Source: an uncultured Rubrivivax sp. | GTDB lineage: Bacteria > Pseudomonadota > Gammaproteobacteria > Burkholderiales > Burkholderiaceae_C | Length of the DNA stretch: 64,000 nucleotides | NCBI GenBank assembly: GCA_964400135.1 | Contig: CAYNSW010000006.1 | Location: 41,989-105,988 of the forward strand | Direction: 5' to 3' | Shown here: positions 58,671 through 64,000 of the stretch, piece after piece | Layout: each line of letters begins with the position of its first letter | Numbering within the stretch: position 1 is the stretch's first letter | Program-made: the position numbers and the translations under genes | The notes under the pieces: generated by a model | Seen by the model: only the letters and a program-made list of their open reading frames with translations | What the model was told of the DNA's origin: nothing | Database searches by the model: none

Positions 58671-61600
58671 ATGGGATTTGTTCACCTGCGGACTCACACC
58701 GAATATTCGGTGGTCGATGGCTGTTTGCGCATTGACGACCTGGCGGCCGCAGCCCGACGCGATGGCCAGGGCGCTTTGGCCATAACGGATCTGGTCAACC
58801 TGTTTGGCGCGGTCAAGTTTTATAAAGCCTGCCGCAGTCAAGGTGTCAAGCCCATCATTGGCGCTGACTTGTGGATGGAGCCCCATGGAGCCGATCGTGA
58901 TCCGAGCCGGCTGTTGGTGCTCATGGCCCACCACCAAGGCTATTTGGATTTGTGCGAAGTTTTGTCACGCGCGTGGACCTCCAACGTCCACCGCAACCAG
59001 GCCTGGGTGAAGTGGTCATGGCTGCAGGAGTGCGGATCTGGGTGGATCGTCTTGTCGGGGGCCGATCAGGGACTTATTGGACAAGCCTTGCTTGCCGGTG
59101 ATTCCGAACGGGCCTACCAGGTGGGCGAGCAGCTCAAATCATGGTTGGGCCCGCGCTTTTACATCGAACTGCAGCGAGCAGGCTCTGCGTCGCAAGAGGC
59201 TTGCGTGCGACGATCTGTGCCTTTGGCGGCCGCCCTGGGGCTGCCCGTGGTGGCCACCCACCCAGTGCAGTTTCTCACTGCCGAAGAGTTTGAGGCCCAT
59301 GAGGCCCGGGTGTGTATTGCAGAGGGCGAGACGCTGGCCAACCCGCGTCGAACCAAGCGGTTCACCCGCGAGCAGTACTTTTTGTCGCGCGAGCAGATGC
59401 ACGCGTTGTTTGCCGACATCCCCTCCGCCCTGGAAAATACCGAGCGCATCGCCAAGCGATGCAATCTTCAGTTGACCCTCGGGCAGCCGCGCTTACCCGA
59501 GTTTCCTACGCCGCTGCGGGCTGACGGTACGCCCACCCCTGTCGAGATCTATTTTCGAGACCTGGCTGCTCAAGGCCTGAGCGATCGGCTGCAGCGCCTG
59601 TACCCCGATGAGGCGCAGCGCCAGCAAGAGGCCCCGGCCTACGAGCGGCGCCTGGAGTTTGAGATCAACACCATCTTGAAGATGGGATTTCCCGGCTACT
59701 TTCTGATCGTCGGCGACTTTATCCGCTGGGCTCGGGAGAACGGCTGTCCGGTGGGGCCGGGCCGCGGATCGGGCGCCGGCTCCCTGGTGGCGTACTCACT
59801 GGGGATAACCGATCTCGACCCTCTTCGCTACAAGCTGCTGTTTGAGCGGTTTCTCAATCCAGACCGCATCTCGATGCCGGACTTCGACATCGACTTTTGT
59901 CAGGCCCACCGCGATCGGGTCATCGAATATGTCAAGTCCAAATACGGACGGGAGGCTGTCAGCCAGATTGCCACCTTTGGCACGATGGCCGCAAAAGCGG
60001 CTTTGCGCGATGTGGGGCGTGTCTTGGGGATGAGCTACGGACACGTGGATTCCGTGGCCAAACTCATCCCCGCGCCACCGGGCAAGTCCGTCACCTTGGC
60101 CAGACCAGGTGATTCGCCCGATCCCGGCCTGATCTACGCGCGCAAGGAGTCACCCGAGCTGGAGCGGCGTGAAGCAGCTGAGGAAGAGGTGGCTGAGCTC
60201 TTGGCGCTGGCCGAGCGTGTGGAAGGCTTGGTCCGCAATGTGGGGATGCACGCGGGAGGCGTGCTCATCGCACCCGGCAAGATTACCGATTTTTGCCCCC
60301 TCTACCAGCAGCCGGGCAGCGATGCGGCAGTCAGCCAGTTTTACAAGGACGATGTGGAGGCCATCGGTCTGGTCAAGTTTGACTTTCTGGGTCTGGCCAC
60401 GCTGACGATTTTGGAGTTGGCCAAGACTTTCATCCGCGCACGTCGTGCCGGGCGCGAGAACTTTGCTTTCGAGGATCTGTCACTAGACGACCCCGTGGTC
60501 TACCAACTCTTTTCTGACGCCAAGACCGAAGCGGTGTTCCAGTTCGAATCCGCCGGCATGCGCCGCATGCTGCGAGACGCACGGCCCAGTCGGATCGAAG
60601 ACCTGATTGCCCTGAATGCCATGTTTCGGCCGGGTCCGATGGAAAACATTCCGAGCTTTTGCGCACGCAAGCACGGTCGCGAGCCCATCACCTTTCCCCA
60701 CCCCTTGTTAGAACCCGTGCTGGCTGAAACCTACGGGATCATGGTCTACCAGGAACAGGTCATGCAGGCCGCCCAAGTCATGGGGGGCTACTCTCTGGGT
60801 CAGGCCGATTTGCTGCGGCGGGCGATGGGCAAGAAAAAGCCCGAGGAGATGGCCCAGCAGCGCGAAATCTTTCGGCAGGGGGCGCAGGCGCAGGGTATTG
60901 ATCAGGCCAAGGCGGATGAAGTCTTTGATCTGATGGAGCGTTTTGCGGGTTACGGTTTTAACAAGAGCCATGCTGCGGCTTACTCGGTTTTGGCCTACCA
61001 CACGGCCTGGCTCAAGGCGCATTGCGCTGCCGAGTTCTATGCCGCCAACATGACGGTGGAGATGGATGACACCGACAAGCTCAAGGTGCTTTTGCACGAT
61101 GCGCGTGAATTTGGTGTTTCGTTCGAGCCCCCGGATGTCAATCGAGGCGGATACCGCTTTGAGCCGGTCAGCGACTCCCTGGTGCGCTATGGTTTAGGCG
61201 CCATCAAGGGAACTGGACAAGGGGCGATTGAGGCTATTGTGGCGGCGCGTGAGGGACAGCACGGACAAGGGGGTGGTCCCTTTCGCAGTCTGTTTGACTT
61301 TTGCGCACGGGTAGACCGCCAACGCGTGAACAAGCGCGTGGTGGAGGCCTTGATCAAGGCAGGGGCGTTTGACGCCATCCACCCCGATCGTGCCAGTGCA
61401 CTGGCCAGCGTCTCCTTGGCCTTTGAATGGGCAGACACGCAGGAGGCCAATGCCCAGCAAGGCGGATTGTTTGACTTCGGCGACGACGAGCCAGCCGCCC
61501 TTGGGTCTTCTTCGCAGGAGCCATCGCTGGTTGGCGCACAGGCCTGGGGCATTCGGGAGCGGCTTTTACTGGAGAAGTCGGCGCTGGGCTTCATCTTGTC

Positions 61601-62219
61601 GGGTCACCTGTTTGAGGAGTGCCAAGACGAGGTCCGTCAATTCGCCCGACGGCGAATCGACGACCTCAGCGACAGTCGTGAGTCGCAATTGGTGGCCGGC
61701 ATTGTCGAAGGCCTGAAAGTCATCAACTCACATCGCGGCCGCGTGGCCTTGTTCAGCCTAGGAGACGGCTCGGGCCTCATCGAGGCGGCAGTCAATGAGG
61801 AGCTGTTGGAAGTTTCCAGGAACACCCTGGTCGAAGATGCGCTCGTTGTGGTGCAAGGCCGTGTCATGGTCGATCGGGCTTCGGGCGGTCTGAGGCTCAA
61901 CGTCAACCAGATCTGGGATATGAGCGCTGCCCGAGCGAGATGGGGGCGGTATCTGGAGGTGACAGTGGGCACTGCGCTACCGCCTGTGGCCGAGGTGATT
62001 CGTACCTGGCCGCAGCAGCGACAGATCACCGATCATGGTGAGGTCAGTCGGGGTCTGTCCATTCGCCTGTGTCTCAGGCGACCGGAGGTAGTTGCCGACA
62101 TTGAACTGGGTGATGCCGCCTTGTTTTGGCCCTGTGACGAAGCGCTCGCGCGGTGGCGGCAACTGGCCCTCGACGGCCAGGCCTGCGTCGTGTACGCCAC
62201 CTCTGACGCGCAGGCCTGA
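58671..62219 (+). CDS. dnaE: DNA polymerase III alpha subunit
   Basis: FVHLRTHTEYS PHP domain, GPGRGSGAGS, SMPDFDIDF, HAGGV, KFDFLGL, YGFNKSH, C-terminal OB fold; no intein seen. Confidence 0.98.
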   Translation: MGFVHLRTHTEYSVVDGCLRIDDLAAAARRDGQGALAITDLVNLFGAVKFYKACRSQGVKPIIGADLWMEPHGADRDPSRLLVLMAHHQGYLDLCEVLSRAWTSNVHRNQAWVKWSWLQECGSGWIVLSGADQGLIGQALLAGDSERAYQVGEQLKSWLGPRFYIELQRAGSASQEACVRRSVPLAAALGLPVVATHPVQFLTAEEFEAHEARVCIAEGETLANPRRTKRFTREQYFLSREQMHALFADIPSALENTERIAKRCNLQLTLGQPRLPEFPTPLRADGTPTPVEIYFRDLAAQGLSDRLQRLYPDEAQRQQEAPAYERRLEFEINTILKMGFPGYFLIVGDFIRWARENGCPVGPGRGSGAGSLVAYSLGITDLDPLRYKLLFERFLNPDRISMPDFDIDFCQAHRDRVIEYVKSKYGREAVSQIATFGTMAAKAALRDVGRVLGMSYGHVDSVAKLIPAPPGKSVTLARPGDSPDPGLIYARKESPELERREAAEEEVAELLALAERVEGLVRNVGMHAGGVLIAPGKITDFCPLYQQPGSDAAVSQFYKDDVEAIGLVKFDFLGLATLTILELAKTFIRARRAGRENFAFEDLSLDDPVVYQLFSDAKTEAVFQFESAGMRRMLRDARPSRIEDLIALNAMFRPGPMENIPSFCARKHGREPITFPHPLLEPVLAETYGIMVYQEQVMQAAQVMGGYSLGQADLLRRAMGKKKPEEMAQQREIFRQGAQAQGIDQAKADEVFDLMERFAGYGFNKSHAAAYSVLAYHTAWLKAHCAAEFYAANMTVEMDDTDKLKVLLHDAREFGVSFEPPDVNRGGYRFEPVSDSLVRYGLGAIKGTGQGAIEAIVAAREGQHGQGGGPFRSLFDFCARVDRQRVNKRVVEALIKAGAFDAIHPDRASALASVSLAFEWADTQEANAQQGGLFDFGDDEPAALGSSSQEPSLVGAQAWGIRERLLLEKSALGFILSGHLFEECQDEVRQFARRRIDDLSDSRESQLVAGIVEGLKVINSHRGRVALFSLGDGSGLIEAAVNEELLEVSRNTLVEDALVVVQGRVMVDRASGGLRLNVNQIWDMSAARARWGRYLEVTVGTALPPVAEVIRTWPQQRQITDHGEVSRGLSIRLCLRRPEVVADIELGDAALFWPCDEALARWRQLALDGQACVVYATSDAQA

Positions 62220-62234
62220 CTCATCGGCGACGCA

Positions 62235-62663
62235 TTACGGCGTTTTGGTTGCCGTGGGTTGCGTCGAGGTGCCCGTAGTGGTTTTTTCTTGACGTGGTGC
62301 GCGTGCAGGTCGATCACCCCCGTCGACGTGGGAGCTGGAGGCGCGAGGCGCGCGCGCTGTGGTGGCCATGGCCCCTGGGGTGAAAGTCGTACCAGAGACC
62401 GTCAGACCTGCCTGAGACAGCCGGGCCGCGTGTCCGCTGCCGATGCCGTTGACTCGTTGGGCCAGATCAGCCCAGCTCTTGAACTCACCGTGTTGCCGGG
62501 CTTGCAGGATTTTGGTGGACATTTGGGGTCCGATGCCTTTGACAGATTCCAACTCCGCCTGTGTGGCGCGGTTGACATCGACGCTGGCATGAGCACAGGC
62601 CATGAAAAGACCCCACCCGACGGCTGCCAAGGCGCGTGCGGTTTGCGTGAGATGCAGATGCAT
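62235..62663 (-). CDS. ComEA-like helix-hairpin-helix DNA-binding protein
   Basis: Signal-like N-terminus, VDVNRATQAELESVKGIGP, F.SW.DL..RV.GIG; low-complexity tail. Confidence 0.85.
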   Translation of the reverse strand: MHLHLTQTARALAAVGWGLFMACAHASVDVNRATQAELESVKGIGPQMSTKILQARQHGEFKSWADLAQRVNGIGSGHAARLSQAGLTVSGTTFTPGAMATTARAPRASSSHVDGGDRPARAPRQEKTTTGTSTQPTATKTP

Positions 62664-62822
62664 AGAAAATTCTCCCAGTGTTGAATGAAGATCAAAGCTC
62701 CTGGCCAAAAGACCAAGGGCTGGAGCATCTTCTGGTGGGGTGAGCTCGCTGCACATCCTCCCAAGGGGTGAGTGATGGCCTCCCCCCATGGAGGGGTCTG
62801 CGTTAAGATCTTCAGCAACGCC

Positions 62823-63854
62823 ATGAAGATTGTTCACATCCTGCTCACCTCGCGATTTGCAGGTACTGAGCGCTACATGATCGAACTGGCCAATGCGCAG
62901 TCGCATCGTCACGACGTGACGGTCATCCTTCACCGTAATGCCGCGCAAGCGCGACCCGATGCTTGGAGTCATCGCTTGGGTCCCGAGGTGCGCCAGGTCC
63001 ACGTATCGGGTTGGTGGTGGTGGGCCTGGGCACAGGTCAGACGGGCCCTGATCGAAATCGAGCCTGACGTGGCGCATGCCCACCTCAGCGGTGGCTGCCG
63101 AAGCTTGCGAGGCCTGAGGCTGTCGGGCTTGCGCCTGGCCACTCTACACATTCGCTACAAGCCACAGCAGCATGCCGATTTGGATGCTCTGATTGCCATT
63201 GCGCCTTGGCAATTGGCCGCCATTCCGGCTGCTTTGCAAGCCCGCACCCGTCAAATCGACAACTGGACCGACATGCGGCCATTTGATCCTGAGGCGAGAC
63301 GCCGCATCCGCTTGCAGTGGGGCGTGGCCGAGAACGAGATCCTGGTTGGGGCCATGGGTCGCATGGAACCCAGCAAAGGCATGGACCTGCTGATTCGTGC
63401 CTTCTCGGCCGTGGCTCAACCCGGGCTGAGGCTTGCACTGGTAGGCGCCGGCACATCGTGGTCATCTCTGCGCCAAATGGCGGGCCAAGCCGTGATCATG
63501 CCGGGATTTGCCGAGCATCCCCACGAATGCCTGGCCGCGTTTGATTGGTTTGTCAGTCCGGCGCGCAGCGAGCCATTTGGTTTGGTGATGTTGGAGGCCA
63601 TGGCCAGCGGCCTGCCCATCTTGGCCACGGCCTCAGAAGGTGCCCAGCATCTGGCTGCCCTGATCGGCCGACCGCTGGTGCCTTGCAACGACGTAGACGC
63701 TTTGCAAGCTGCTTTGCAGACTATTGTGAGCAGTCGACCTCAGCGGCAGTCGTATGACCTCAGGCCGTACCAGTTGGACACGCAGGTGGCGGCTATCGAG
63801 GACTGGTACGCTCAGGCGATGGCGCGCGTTCAAATTCCCAGGCGAGATAGCTGA
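62823..63854 (+). CDS. Glycosyltransferase family 4 (GT-B)
   Basis: FAGTERY, AHAH, MGRMEPSKG.D.LI, SEPFGLVMLEAMASG.P. Confidence 0.9.
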   Translation: MKIVHILLTSRFAGTERYMIELANAQSHRHDVTVILHRNAAQARPDAWSHRLGPEVRQVHVSGWWWWAWAQVRRALIEIEPDVAHAHLSGGCRSLRGLRLSGLRLATLHIRYKPQQHADLDALIAIAPWQLAAIPAALQARTRQIDNWTDMRPFDPEARRRIRLQWGVAENEILVGAMGRMEPSKGMDLLIRAFSAVAQPGLRLALVGAGTSWSSLRQMAGQAVIMPGFAEHPHECLAAFDWFVSPARSEPFGLVMLEAMASGLPILATASEGAQHLAALIGRPLVPCNDVDALQAALQTIVSSRPQRQSYDLRPYQLDTQVAAIEDWYAQAMARVQIPRRDS

Positions 63855-63999
63855 ACTTGCGCTGGATGCGATAGCGCAAGCGCCGCAGGTGCTGTTGCCA
63901 GTTCAATGTCGCCGTGGGGTCGAGTGCGTCCCGGTAGGCCACGGGCTGCGCCTTGCGCAAGATGAAGTGCCCATGAAACCCGTACATCCGTCCCAGGGG
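63793..63999 (-). CDS. C-terminal fragment of a gene truncated by the window edge, possibly DUF5672-like (glycosyltransferase-associated)
   Basis: Open frame PLGRMYGFHGHFIL...; GFHG resembles the DUF5672 C-terminal motif; short, so weak. Confidence 0.35.
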   Translation of the reverse strand, partial: PLGRMYGFHGHFILRKAQPVAYRDALDPTATLNWQQHLRRLRYRIQRKFSYLAWEFERAPSPERTSPR

Positions 64000-64000
64000 T

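Noticed and set aside
58671-62219. Possible intein or error-prone DnaE2
   Set aside because: About 1180 aa with an intact PHP domain and no intein or LAGLIDADG motifs; no imuA/imuB neighbours

Overview
A GC-rich, densely coding chromosomal segment. The gene content and the N-terminally extended S20 suggest a Burkholderiales betaproteobacterium (inference). I saw no tRNA/rRNA, IS, prophage or CRISPR. The left half is mostly amino-acid and nitrogen catabolism: a five-step hut cluster with a perfect HutC operator, a NitT/TauT-type ABC importer, a class 3 asparaginase, an Fe-ADH/PuuD-like/ALDH/HAD operon, aminopeptidase P, and kynBUA divergent from an aryl-CoA ligase/RidA/cupin unit. It also holds a split Lhr-Core DNA-repair cluster: the exonuclease and ligase lie about 18 kb from a DUF429 + helicase pair, and no MPE/PdeM gene is present. 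The right half is core housekeeping (argFD, rpsT, murJ, hda, pcnB, folK, pit, rpsP-rimM-trmD-rplS, rsgA, orn, gluQ, argE, dnaE, comEA). The best leads are: (1) DUF429 possibly replacing the MPE nuclease beside the helicase; (2) a Trp to anthraniloyl-CoA unit with an uncharacterised cupin; (3) a gamma-glutamyl amine/amino-alcohol operon lacking its ligase but with a HAD phosphatase; (4) many apparently leaderless genes. All product calls come from motif recognition by eye, with no database searches, and start codons are best estimates.
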